Below are positions 29,445-39,424 of a stretch of 64,000 nucleotides of DNA, piece by piece (positions within the stretch are counted from its first letter, which is position 1; every line of letters begins with the position of its first letter). A program made the translations under genes and the position numbers. Source of the stretch: an uncultured Spirochaetota bacterium (GTDB lineage Bacteria; Spirochaetota; Spirochaetia; SZUA-6; Fen-1364); NCBI GenBank assembly GCA_963781885.1, contig CAWAHW010000002.1, positions 1,498,741 through 1,562,740 on the forward strand, written 5' to 3'. Under the pieces are notes generated by a model, which saw nothing but the letters and a program-made list of their open reading frames with translations, ran no database searches and was not told the DNA's origin.

Positions 29445-30230
29445 TCACGTTTTCCTGTAAACGGCAATTGCATATCCGCTCCAGAACATGGAATTGATTT
29501 TTCTCACTAATCTCATGCGGGCGAATACCTTGTCAAGAAAGCGAAAAACTACGCTGAGGATTTTTTTTGCGAATGAGTGCGCCGGGTAGATGAACATGCT
29601 TGGCTCAAATCCCCCAATGTACTTCTTGAATATCACCTCGAGACCCAGCTTGCTTTCAAAGCTGCTCCATTTCCTGATATCCATTGAAGCGACATTATGC
29701 AGCTGAAGAATTTCCAGGTTTGTATGTTTGAGAAATAAATGGTTGATGCCGCTGAAATTCGGAATGCCGATAAGTAACGTTCCCTTTGGCTTAAGGAGCT
29801 TTACGTGCTGCTCGACGACGTGATCAAGATCCTCGAAATGCTCGATAAAACCGAGCGACAATACGACATCGAACGCGGGCAACGAAGAAATGTCTTCGGA
29901 GAAGAGGTCTTTCTTGAATACCTTGCCATCGAGTCCAAGCAAACGCAGATTCTCCAGCGTTTTCTGGCAACCAGTCTCCGAGTAATCTAGCGCGGAGATT
30001 TGGTATCCGAATTTCCGTGCAATATAGACCAGGTACGCTCCTGGCGCGCCGCCTATTTCTATTATGGACAGGCGGCGGCTGTCGCTATTCTGCGGAAGAA
30101 ATCGATCAAATACGTCGAGAATGGCGTTGATCTGCAACCCGCGTTTCGTCTTTGTCATTTCGCGCGGCAGCTGGATGTTTTTCCAATACGCATCCCAGAA
30201 TGCTACTTCGACGAGTCGGTCCGTCTTCAT
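29445..30230 (-). CDS. Class I SAM-dependent methyltransferase
   Basis: IEIGGAPG, FDVVLSLGFIEHF, LLKPKG. Confidence 0.85.
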   Translation of the reverse strand: MKTDRLVEVAFWDAYWKNIQLPREMTKTKRGLQINAILDVFDRFLPQNSDSRRLSIIEIGGAPGAYLVYIARKFGYQISALDYSETGCQKTLENLRLLGLDGKVFKKDLFSEDISSLPAFDVVLSLGFIEHFEDLDHVVEQHVKLLKPKGTLLIGIPNFSGINHLFLKHTNLEILQLHNVASMDIRKWSSFESKLGLEVIFKKYIGGFEPSMFIYPAHSFAKKILSVVFRFLDKVFARMRLVRKINSMFWSGYAIAVYRKT

Positions 30231-30281
30231 GTCCGATCTGCCTCCGGTTCATGCTGTGTCAAACGCTTCATTGTCCTCTTC

Positions 30282-31415
30282 TCATTCTGCATAGATTGCT
30301 TTCCACGCCGGCGCCTTGCTTTCCCAGGAGGAGAGCCTTTCAACGCTCTTAGCATTCGCCGATGCCTTTTCCCTGTAGAGCTCCCAATCCTGTACAACCG
30401 TCTTTATTGTATCTCCAAGGCCGGCAAATGATGCTTTCAGCATGAATACCCCGGCGTTCTCAAAGACATCATATGGCAGCCAATCTCCGGCAACCACGAT
30501 TCCGCCGGCATATGCATGCTCTTGGAATGCCGCAGAAAGCTGGTCGGTATTCTGCATATTGACCATTATATCTGTCGAGATCCTGATTCTCGCGGTGTCT
30601 TCTTTTGTCATGAATTCTGAAATTACATGATAGCGCATCTTGTTCTGTCGGAGTTTTTCCTCGATGCCTGCGAGGTATCTCGCATCAATCGACGGGTACG
30701 TCATCGCGAGTAACACGACAACATTCACGGGCAAAAACTCCCGTATTTCTACGAGGCTCGCTAGTATCCTTTCATGGTTCTGCGATTTGTTCGCGTTTGA
30801 ACCACAACAAATGACGAAGCTATCAGCAGGAATTCCAATTCGCTCCCGGGATTGCGATCGCCTTTCTGTCTGTTGTATTTTCTTTATGAGCTCGAGGCTT
30901 TTCAATCCAAAGGAGCAGACGCGAGTTTTCACCTCAAATGCCTTGTAGTAGGAAACGAATTCGTCCCTCGTTTTGGGATTCCCAAACACTATGCTGTCAG
31001 ATGCTTCGTAAATGGATTTTTGTCTCTTTCGCCATTTGTCATCCATGAGGTAGAAGTCCGAGCCCCATACAGTCGTTACCAATCGCGTGGCAACGCCCCT
31101 CAGGTCTTTGGCGAATCGCGCATACTCTGGTTTGACATAATGCACATTGCACACATCAAAGTGCTCTGTTCCGGCTAGCCTGCGCAGAAAGGTCCGCGTC
31201 AGTCGCCTCCTGAGAAATCTTCGAACGTAGGGTATTCTGAAGAGCAGGCGAAAGTTGCCGTTGATGCGTCTCTGCGTGCCATCGCTGTAATAAAGCATTT
31301 TCTCGTCATCAAAAGCTGAGACATCAATGTCTTGGCCACGAAGAGCCTGAATCAACTCAGGAAGATAGGGATTTTCGCCGACAAACGGCGCATTCGAAAT
31401 GAAAAGAACCTTCAA
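30282..31415 (-). CDS. Glycosyltransferase (GT-B)
   Basis: MKVLFIS, TVWGSD, TDQLSAAFQE; polysaccharide-locus context. Confidence 0.75.
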   Translation of the reverse strand: MKVLFISNAPFVGENPYLPELIQALRGQDIDVSAFDDEKMLYYSDGTQRRINGNFRLLFRIPYVRRFLRRRLTRTFLRRLAGTEHFDVCNVHYVKPEYARFAKDLRGVATRLVTTVWGSDFYLMDDKWRKRQKSIYEASDSIVFGNPKTRDEFVSYYKAFEVKTRVCSFGLKSLELIKKIQQTERRSQSRERIGIPADSFVICCGSNANKSQNHERILASLVEIREFLPVNVVVLLAMTYPSIDARYLAGIEEKLRQNKMRYHVISEFMTKEDTARIRISTDIMVNMQNTDQLSAAFQEHAYAGGIVVAGDWLPYDVFENAGVFMLKASFAGLGDTIKTVVQDWELYREKASANAKSVERLSSWESKAPAWKAIYAE

Positions 31416-31459
31416 GACATATGCTCCTTCGCGCCGGGGCGCATCGCGCGACGCGCGTC

Positions 31460-32326
31460 TTATTGAGCCGTCGCGGTGAGACGGTTGACGCGCCGACGCT
31501 TTCCTCGATAAATCAAATCCATGATACCCGAAATCTGGAACTCAACGACATCAAGAGGCCATGAAGCTTCAATATTGGTGCGCTGCATCTGGAGAGGATC
31601 TGTCCAGGGCCTTATGGGAGCGCTATTTGTCATGAATGCGTATCTGAACGATGCTGCATGCACCACTTTTGCTGCCGCATGCGAGTAGCTTTCCTCCTCA
31701 CCCCCAACCCAACAGAAATGATCGACCTTTTTCGCTAGTTGCCTTTCCAGCTCCCGCTTCGATTGAGCAATATCATGATCCAGATCATCAGCGCTCGTCG
31801 AAGCGTACATCCTTCGGTGAGTTGCGGTGTGGCATCCAACAACATGATTTCGGGACAACAATTTCACCTCGTCCCATGTCATCGCCAATCGCTTGTCATC
31901 AGCGGCATCTCCGAACGTAATTGAATGCTGAACCGCAAAATCGATCTGTTTTCCAGCAGGTGTGCTGATAAAATCAGTTGGCACGAAAAACCAGCCCGTG
32001 AAGCCATACTCTTCCAGAAGCGGAGCGGCAACCTCGTAGTTGTCGCGCAGGCCGTCGTCAAATGAGATGATGAGCCCCGGCTTCCTGGTCGACAACGCTT
32101 TCTCCTGAAAGAATCTATCGAGTGTCGCAGATGACACGTTCGAAAATCTTTCCCGGTAAAAAGCAAGATGACGCGCGAGAGAATCGCCCGAATCTTTGGG
32201 CGTCGCATGGTAGTTCACTGCGCGAATGTACGGAAAGCAGCATTGCGTGAACAAGTGGAGCAGGATCCGGTTGACTCCGATCCGGGACGACGAAGCCGCG
32301 AAAAGCCTTTTTGCCCTATTAATCAA
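31460..32326 (-). CDS. Polysaccharide deacetylase (NodB/CE4)
   Basis: NYH, ISFDDG, MTWDE, GCHTATH. Confidence 0.88.
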   Translation of the reverse strand: MINRAKRLFAASSSRIGVNRILLHLFTQCCFPYIRAVNYHATPKDSGDSLARHLAFYRERFSNVSSATLDRFFQEKALSTRKPGLIISFDDGLRDNYEVAAPLLEEYGFTGWFFVPTDFISTPAGKQIDFAVQHSITFGDAADDKRLAMTWDEVKLLSRNHVVGCHTATHRRMYASTSADDLDHDIAQSKRELERQLAKKVDHFCWVGGEEESYSHAAAKVVHAASFRYAFMTNSAPIRPWTDPLQMQRTNIEASWPLDVVEFQISGIMDLIYRGKRRRVNRLTATAQ

Positions 32327-32359
32327 GGAAAGGTGTTCCTTTCTCTTTCATTGCAGATC

Positions 32360-33541
32360 CTATATGAACGAATCTCCGTCGTACGGACTGAAATACCATG
32401 AATCTTCTTCCTCCAGAGCTCGTGCGAACTGCGAAGACATGAACCGACAGAGATATGGCCAGCTTGGAAGCTGCCTCGTGTATGGATTCCAAGCCTCAAA
32501 GATTCTTCTTATATTCTTCGGGAAGCCTATCATTTCGAAAATGTCGCATTTCTTTATTCTGGCCCTCGTAAAAGCCAGCCGAAGAAGTCCGTCAGTTATT
32601 TCCTGATCGTCTGCACCCACAAAAATATCCATTATGCGCGCGCGCCGAAGGCCAACATCCTCCTGAGATGAGAATGCAAGTATAAGATATCCGAGAAGAT
32701 TGCCTTCTCTTCGGGCGCCGAATATCTCCATGGCCTGATAATCCCCGTGGATCGTCAGGTGCCATCGCAGTGCCTCCGCCGAACGATCCCCGAGAAGTCT
32801 TGTCGCTTCCGCGCGCTTGGCGCGCCAGAGGACGTCAAAATCATCTCCCAGCTTATCCAGAGAAACGATCTCTGCCCATTCGGGAGGTGCCGCGGGGCCC
32901 GGGCCTCTTCGCCGGAGCCACTCTTCCGCACAGACGATGGGAAATCCCACGCAGCTCAGAGCCTTTGACAATCCGTGGCTCAGTCCGCGCCTGCGAAAAA
33001 AGGCATTTAAGAACCTGAAATTGTTGAGTGGAAGGAAAAGTGATTTGTCAACGTTACCTTGCGGAATGCGTGGCATGCCCATGGATCGCATGAGCCTTTC
33101 AACAACGTCAGAGGCTGTTGTATCGATGAGCATGTCAACAGACGGCTGGCCGAGATATTGATAGAGCAGTTCGAGTCCCTGACCCCGAAAGGATTTGTCG
33201 ACTGCCCAACTGGTAGCCGCCGCGGCGCGCAGAGGCACGTCGCCGAGAAAATACCTGAGCGCAAAATTGCCAAAAAAGCCCACAATTTCATTGTCTGACT
33301 CAAGAACCCAGCCTATGGGCACATTGCGGTGAAGATCTCCAAGAGCCGGGTTTTTCACCCAGAGAGCTTCCCATGTTCCCGACCTGAATCCTTGCAGGCC
33401 GTTGCGCTGAAGGACGGCGCAAATACCGAGGAAGTCGGCATGCTGAGCCTCTCGCACTGACGCCTGAAGGGCGATGCCGTCCGCAGCGCTAGGACGCGCA
33501 TGAGAAGCTCCCGCTGGACGGCTGGACTGTGTATCATGCAT
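32360..33541 (-). CDS. GNAT-like acyltransferase (tandem GNAT/FemAB-like)
   Basis: W..NP..GWVLE..IVGF..WAVDKSFRGQG; second half DRSAEALRW; overlaps the FabH stop. Confidence 0.6.
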   Translation of the reverse strand: MHDTQSSRPAGASHARPSAADGIALQASVREAQHADFLGICAVLQRNGLQGFRSGTWEALWVKNPALGDLHRNVPIGWVLESDNEIVGFFGNFALRYFLGDVPLRAAAATSWAVDKSFRGQGLELLYQYLGQPSVDMLIDTTASDVVERLMRSMGMPRIPQGNVDKSLFLPLNNFRFLNAFFRRRGLSHGLSKALSCVGFPIVCAEEWLRRRGPGPAAPPEWAEIVSLDKLGDDFDVLWRAKRAEATRLLGDRSAEALRWHLTIHGDYQAMEIFGARREGNLLGYLILAFSSQEDVGLRRARIMDIFVGADDQEITDGLLRLAFTRARIKKCDIFEMIGFPKNIRRIFEAWNPYTRQLPSWPYLCRFMSSQFARALEEEDSWYFSPYDGDSFI

Positions 33542-34592
33542 GTGTCGTGATGGCTCCCTGCGGTATCCGGACAATTGTCGCCCCCAATGAATATCCGACG
33601 CCGAAGCCAACGAGCATGAGGATCTGTCCCGGATGGAGTGCATCTTTCGTCGCGAGATCCTGGAGGGCGATTGGAATTGTCGAAGAAACGGTGTTTCCGC
33701 AGCTTTCGAGCTTTATGACGAATTTCTCCTCGGGTATTCCGATCTTTTTTCTCAGACTCTCCAGCATGAAACTGTTTGCCTGGTGAAAAACGAAGTAGCT
33801 GATATCTTCCATTCTCAATTGAGCTCTTTCAAGAGTCATCGACACAAGTCCGGGAATAGAGTCAAGGGTGAAGCTGAACAATTCCGGTCCGTCCATGAAG
33901 AGGTTTTCCTGTGAACGTACATTGCCTCGGTTGTCGGTATTCGCCTCTTTGGTGGAGGCGCTTGGGCGCTGTCGCATCCCTCCGGAATGCACAATGAGCT
34001 TGTCCGCTCCCCGTCCGTCCGTCCCATACACAAACGGACCGATCGATTCCGGTTCCTTGTCGGAATACTGGACAAAGGTGGCGGCGGCGGCGTCTCCGAA
34101 AAGCGTCCTGACGCTCTTGTCTCCCGGGTGAATGAACTTGCTGTAGGTTTCCGCCGTTACGAGAAGGACATTCCGGGCCTGACCGGTCTCGATAAGGCCT
34201 TTTGCCAACCCTAAGCCATAGATGTACCCGGAGCACCCCAAATTGAAATCAAGAGCGCCGCAAGAGGTCTTCAGACCAAGGCGATTCTGCATGACGCACG
34301 CCAACGTCGGAAGAAAATAGTCCGGAGATTGAGTACAGAACAGGAGAAAATCGATTTCCTCCGGTCGACAGGCTCCGGTCTGGAAAACTCTCTGACATGC
34401 GCTCACGCCCATGTCAGATGAGCATTCGTCAACTTCTGCTATATGGCGACTATTGATTCCCGTTTTTGCTGATATCTTTGAAACAGCCCACTCCGGAAAT
34501 TCTTTCGCAAGCTGCTCGTTTGTAAGCTCTTTCATCGGGAAGTAGTGCGCTATTGCCCTGATAATTGCCCCCATTATTCCCTTCTTTCTCAC
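33534..34592 (-). CDS. 3-oxoacyl-ACP synthase III (FabH-like)
   Basis: Catalytic triad LGCSG, FHQAN, GNTVS; FGDAA; GFGVG. Confidence 0.92.
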   Translation of the reverse strand: MRKKGIMGAIIRAIAHYFPMKELTNEQLAKEFPEWAVSKISAKTGINSRHIAEVDECSSDMGVSACQRVFQTGACRPEEIDFLLFCTQSPDYFLPTLACVMQNRLGLKTSCGALDFNLGCSGYIYGLGLAKGLIETGQARNVLLVTAETYSKFIHPGDKSVRTLFGDAAAATFVQYSDKEPESIGPFVYGTDGRGADKLIVHSGGMRQRPSASTKEANTDNRGNVRSQENLFMDGPELFSFTLDSIPGLVSMTLERAQLRMEDISYFVFHQANSFMLESLRKKIGIPEEKFVIKLESCGNTVSSTIPIALQDLATKDALHPGQILMLVGFGVGYSLGATIVRIPQGAITTHA

Positions 34593-34595
34593 CGG

Positions 34596-35597
34596 CTATC
34601 TTGCCGAATAGCCCCCGTCAACTACCATCGTCGTGCCGGTAATCCATTTCGCGCCATCGCTCAGGAGAAAAGCAGCCGCGTGAGCGACATCGCTGGCGTG
34701 TCCGAGCCCAAGCGGATGGGCGTCGACAATCCGCTGGAATTGCTCCAACGTCATGGACGCCTTGATTCGCTCGGTCATGTCTGTTTCGACATACGCGGGG
34801 GCAATACTGTTGACCCGCAGCCCCTCCCGGGCAAGCTCGAGGGCCGCGGCTTTCGTCATCGCGATGATTGCCCCTTTGCTTGCGCAATAGACGGTAAGAG
34901 CAGGCATTCCGACGAGTCCCATGATGGACGCGATAATAACAATCGCGCCGTGCTCCGCGTGCGCACCCTTGTTTCGAAAGCCTTTCATCAGCCCCAGCCC
35001 GGCTTCGACATTTATCGCCATTGATTCCGCGAAATGCCGGTGTTCAACAGTTTTCATGGGAATCGACAATTGAAGCCCTGCGCAGTGCACGATTCCGTGC
35101 AAAGGACCATGCGCATGGCCGACCTCTTTGACCCAGTCGGACACCGTCTCCATGCTCCCAAGGGAAAATGGAAGCAGGATATGCCCGTCACCCTGCATAT
35201 CCTGACGCGTCCGTGCCAGTTCATTTTCATTTCTGCCGCTTAGAAAAACTGTCGCGCCGCATTCGGACAGAAGTTTTGCGACACCTCTCCCAATGCCGCC
35301 CGACGCTCCGGTCACCAGGTATTTCTTCTTTTCGAGCGCAGCGTACATTCTGTTGCCTCCGGCTGATTTTCCTGCCGAGCCGAGAGAAAGAGTTATTAGT
35401 TCGCCGATCGTCCGACAGCCCGTGATGTCTTTGGGGCTGGGCGCCTTTCCGAGCTCAGTGTCGATAATGCCAATAAACGACATTATTGCCAAGGAATCCC
35501 ATCCCGGCAACACGTTCAAGAGCTGTTCCTCACGCAGCGAGCCCGGATCCAGCTCGACCAGGTATTCGATTTTCGACAGCACGTCTTTGCGTTCCAT
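34596..35597 (-). CDS. Acyl carrier protein in frame with an SDR/FabG-like reductase
   Basis: ACP WDSL in the first ~75 aa; SDR TGASGGIG, YCASK, WITG..VDGG; internal GGAGG RBS before MYAALE. Confidence 0.8.
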   Translation of the reverse strand: MERKDVLSKIEYLVELDPGSLREEQLLNVLPGWDSLAIMSFIGIIDTELGKAPSPKDITGCRTIGELITLSLGSAGKSAGGNRMYAALEKKKYLVTGASGGIGRGVAKLLSECGATVFLSGRNENELARTRQDMQGDGHILLPFSLGSMETVSDWVKEVGHAHGPLHGIVHCAGLQLSIPMKTVEHRHFAESMAINVEAGLGLMKGFRNKGAHAEHGAIVIIASIMGLVGMPALTVYCASKGAIIAMTKAAALELAREGLRVNSIAPAYVETDMTERIKASMTLEQFQRIVDAHPLGLGHASDVAHAAAFLLSDGAKWITGTTMVVDGGYSAR

Positions 35598-35660
35598 TGT
35601 GACCCTTTCCCACGCGCCAAGGAGTTCTTCCCGCCACGTGATAATGTGAAATGACGTTTC

Positions 35661-37028
35661 CTAAAGGCGGGGCGCGAGCACCACTGCTTCCGATCCCTTC
35701 ATTTCATCGCTTTGATTCTTCCGTAATCGCGCGATGAAAAACATCAACATGATGACGGTCCAGAAAACTATCTCGTATCGTCGCGCCGTTATTATCGGCC
35801 CTCCTGTTCCGACAAGCACGACATAGGAAGCCATGATCAGCATCAGTCTTCCTTCGTCCCATCCGCGCTTCATTTCCTGATATCCGACCGAACCCAGCAC
35901 ATAAAGAAGGCTCGCGTAGAGAGCGAGCGCGATCACCCCTCCTTGCGCAAAATACTGCAGATAGGCGTTGTCGAGAACGAGAATGGAGCCGAAACCAAAC
36001 CCGGCGATCGGAGATCGGTCCCAAACATCGGCGAAGTAGCCCATGACAGAGCTCCCGCCCGAGCTGAATCTCGTTCCCGTGATTGTCGAGAGAAGATTCA
36101 CGGAAGATCCGTTGAGAAGACCGACGAGGAAACTGAGTCCAATCCATTTATCAAGGACAAGAATTGCCACGCCAACGCATCCGAAGAGGAGCAGCAGAAA
36201 CCTGAATCGCAGGAAAATCTTCAATCTTCCCTGCAAAGCCGCATACAAAAGGAACAATGGAATGCCGCCGATGATAAACGCTTTCGAAATCGAAAGCAGC
36301 CCGCCGATGAACAGCAGCAACAGCATGCCATACTCGATGAATCCGATTGTCCTCTTCTCTTTCCTGAGGTAGAGCCACAAAAAAGCACCGAGTGAATACG
36401 AGATACCGCTTCCAAAAGGCTCGCTGAATATGCCCGTCAGCCTTCCGCCTAGATTGGATTGCAGCCAGACATTCGGATTATTGATATCTGTAATGCCGAC
36501 AAAGTATTGAAGCAGCGGCACCATATTCTTGAAAATGGAAAGAAAACTGATCAAGGTATTGATGCAGAGAAGGGCTACATACACCCTCGAGACGAGCACA
36601 AGGATGTGCACGGCTTCATCGACTTTCTGCACGCGCAGAAATGTGCCGATGACGATCGCGACAGCAAGTGGCTGAAAGTATCCTTCAAAGTAGGACAGGA
36701 CTTTCGGGCTCACGGAATATCCGCCGACGTTCATCTCGGTGCTGATACTCGTCCAGATGATGAAGCCGAGGAACAAGAGCATCACGCTTATTGCGGGGCG
36801 AAATGAAAGAGCGAATCCCTTCTGGAGAAGAAGCGACAAGACAGCCCATGCAAAGAGGGCGTAAATAACGATGTGCTCGACGCGGATTCCGAGTCGCGGT
36901 TCGACATATGGCCCGAAAGAGATAATTACCAGGAGAACAGGCAATACAGCGGCATTTTTGCCATTCCAACTCACTCTCATGTCCATCACCTGGTATTTGC
37001 CGCCATTCTTCACATATTGCACACACAC
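35661..37028 (-). CDS. Wzy/O-antigen polymerase-like membrane protein
   Basis: About 11 TM segments, RLTGIFSEP, SKAF, GFG...DNAYL. Confidence 0.7.
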   Translation of the reverse strand: MCVQYVKNGGKYQVMDMRVSWNGKNAAVLPVLLVIISFGPYVEPRLGIRVEHIVIYALFAWAVLSLLLQKGFALSFRPAISVMLLFLGFIIWTSISTEMNVGGYSVSPKVLSYFEGYFQPLAVAIVIGTFLRVQKVDEAVHILVLVSRVYVALLCINTLISFLSIFKNMVPLLQYFVGITDINNPNVWLQSNLGGRLTGIFSEPFGSGISYSLGAFLWLYLRKEKRTIGFIEYGMLLLLFIGGLLSISKAFIIGGIPLFLLYAALQGRLKIFLRFRFLLLLFGCVGVAILVLDKWIGLSFLVGLLNGSSVNLLSTITGTRFSSGGSSVMGYFADVWDRSPIAGFGFGSILVLDNAYLQYFAQGGVIALALYASLLYVLGSVGYQEMKRGWDEGRLMLIMASYVVLVGTGGPIITARRYEIVFWTVIMLMFFIARLRKNQSDEMKGSEAVVLAPRL

Positions 37029-37038
37029 ATGGCGGTTT

Positions 37039-38170
37039 TCAGCGCTTTTTTTTACCGGTGAGAATCATCTGTTCATAGAGACGCTCTACTGACTCCATCT
37101 GCTTCCGCCAATTGTTTCTCTCCTGGATTGTTTCGCGACCTTTCAACGCATATTGACGCGCAATGTCCGGATGCTGAATCAGAAAAAGAACCTTCTCCGC
37201 CAAAGCGTGATGGTCTTTCATGGGGAAAAGAAATCCATTCACCCCATCCTCTATCCAATCCTTGTTGTTGCCAAAATCGGTGATCACCGAGGCTACTTGG
37301 CTTGCCATTGCCTCAGCGGTGCTCGCAGCAAGGCCGGCGTCGGAGAGCGATGAAGAAACATAAATGTCCGATGACGCAGCGTACCTCTGCAGCTCCTCGC
37401 TCGACATGAAGCCGGTGAATCGCACCTTGTCGGCAACCCCAAGACTCTTGCTCATCTCAACAAGGCTCTGCTTGTCGGGGCCATCGCTTGCGACGATGAA
37501 TCGTGCGCGGGGCTCTTTTTCAGCAATAAGCGGAATTGACCGAATGAATGTTGGAATATCGTAAATCGGCTTCAACTGGCGCAAACTCAACACAATTCTT
37601 GCATCCTCTTCAAAACCGAGCTCTTTTTTCAGCTTGGGATCTTTTTTCGCGGGGTTCCATTCATTCAACGTCCGTACCGAAATATATGATATGCACCTTC
37701 TCCCGCGGCGCTCCGAATCTGATCATCTCTTCCTTAATATGCTCCGCGTCACACGTGATCGCGTCACTCGTCTTCAACACCCGTTTCATGGTGACCTTGT
37801 ATTTCCATGATTCGTGCGGATCGATCAGTATTTCCGATCCCCAGGCGGTGGCGATAATGGGATGGTAACCGCACAAGTGGACCATGTAGGCGTATATATT
37901 GACGCCGTGGACATGAATTATATCGGGCTTCACCGTCCTGATGATTTCATTGATACGGTTGCGAAACGGTATAAAACGCCTGAAGACATCCTGCACGAAA
38001 GGGTGTTTTTCGTGATCAAACTGCTCAAAGTGTAACGTGATGTTGTCAATATGGCTGTTCTCCGGAGCGCCTATATTCACAGCATGGACATCGTGCTTCC
38101 TTTGGACGAAGAACCTGATCCATCGCTTTGCATGCTCACTGTTTAAAGTCGCAATGTAGAGAATTCGCAT
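37039..38170 (-). CDS. GT4 glycosyltransferase, split by a frameshift near 37665
   Basis: N-half (PDIIHVH, TAWGSE, YFGTD) and C-half (SDAGLAASTAEAMAS, DGVNG) in adjacent frames. Confidence 0.85.
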
Positions 38171-38242
38171 TTTCTGATCCCCTTCAAGATACTGACGAAG
38201 ACGTCAAGTGTGGAATAGAGAACCTCATGGCGTTTCGCAACG

Positions 38243-39391
38243 CTACGCCATCACGTCCATCAGTCTCGTGACGATTTTGTCACACGCCGTGCCGTCGCCG
38301 TACGGGTTGGCCCGCTTCACCATCCTGTCATATGACGGACGATCATCCAGGAGCGTCGACGTCGCATCGACGATTCGCGTGCAGTCGGTTCCCACGAGAA
38401 GCGCGACGCCTGCCGTCACCCCTTCCATTCGTTCGGTCACGTTCCGCATGACCAGGACAGGTTTGCCCAGCGACGGGGCCTCTTCCTGGACGCCTCCAGA
38501 ATCCGTCAGCACAAGGTAGCATTTCTCCATGAGCCAGACAAATGACGGATAATCAACCGGCTCGAGCAGGTGGATGTTTTTCCGTCCCCCGAGAACCCGG
38601 AAAACAGGCTCTCGAACATTCGGGTTCAAATGCACCGGGTAGACTATCTCAACGTCACTGCGTTCGGCAATGATGGACAGCGCGCGGCAAATCTGCTCAA
38701 ATGGCTCTCCGAAGCTCTCTCGCCTGTGCCCTGTGACAAGCACGACCTTCCTGTCCAGGTCAACCTGTCGGAATGTCCCGCGGAGCCGTTCTTCCAACGC
38801 AGTATCCTTCTCAATGATCCGAAGAGCCTTGAAAAGGGCGTCAATAACAGTATTTCCCACCATGAAGACATTTTTCCGAGACTCCCCTGTCAGCAAGGCC
38901 GCGGCCTCGACGGTCGGAGCGAAATGGTATTCTGCGAGAGAGGTGATAAGAGTGCGATTCATCTCTTCCGGGAACGGCGAATACTTGTCACCCGTTCTCA
39001 GTCCCGCCTCGACATGGGCGACGGGGATCTTCCCGTAGTAACCGGCGAGAGCGCCCATCAACGCGGAGGTCGTGTCTCCCTGCACGATGATCAGGTCAGG
39101 GCGCGCCGAGTCGATGACCTTTTTCATGCCCGCCAGAACCGCGACGCTCACGTCGAACAGGGTCTGGTTTTCCTTCATGACAGCCAGATCGAAATCGGCA
39201 CGTATGCGGAAGAAATCCAATACCTGCCCTATCATCGTCAGGTGCTGCCCTGTATTGACCACGGAGGTCTCAAAAATCGGCTCGTCCTTGAATCGGAGAA
39301 TCAGGGGAGCGAGCTTTATCGCCTCCGGACGCGTGCCGCAGACAAACAGTATCTTCTTTTTCCTTGTGACCAAATCCTTCTCCATTCTCAT
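38243..39391 (-). CDS. wecB: UDP-N-acetylglucosamine 2-epimerase (non-hydrolysing)
   Basis: GTRPEAIK, TGQH, QGDT, HVEAGLR, PFPEE, HRRES, DSGGVQEE, NPYGDG. Confidence 0.93.
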   Translation of the reverse strand: MRMEKDLVTRKKKILFVCGTRPEAIKLAPLILRFKDEPIFETSVVNTGQHLTMIGQVLDFFRIRADFDLAVMKENQTLFDVSVAVLAGMKKVIDSARPDLIIVQGDTTSALMGALAGYYGKIPVAHVEAGLRTGDKYSPFPEEMNRTLITSLAEYHFAPTVEAAALLTGESRKNVFMVGNTVIDALFKALRIIEKDTALEERLRGTFRQVDLDRKVVLVTGHRRESFGEPFEQICRALSIIAERSDVEIVYPVHLNPNVREPVFRVLGGRKNIHLLEPVDYPSFVWLMEKCYLVLTDSGGVQEEAPSLGKPVLVMRNVTERMEGVTAGVALLVGTDCTRIVDATSTLLDDRPSYDRMVKRANPYGDGTACDKIVTRLMDVMA

Positions 39392-39424
39392 GCCCGATTC
39401 GAGTTGCCCGCGATCAGCGGAGGG

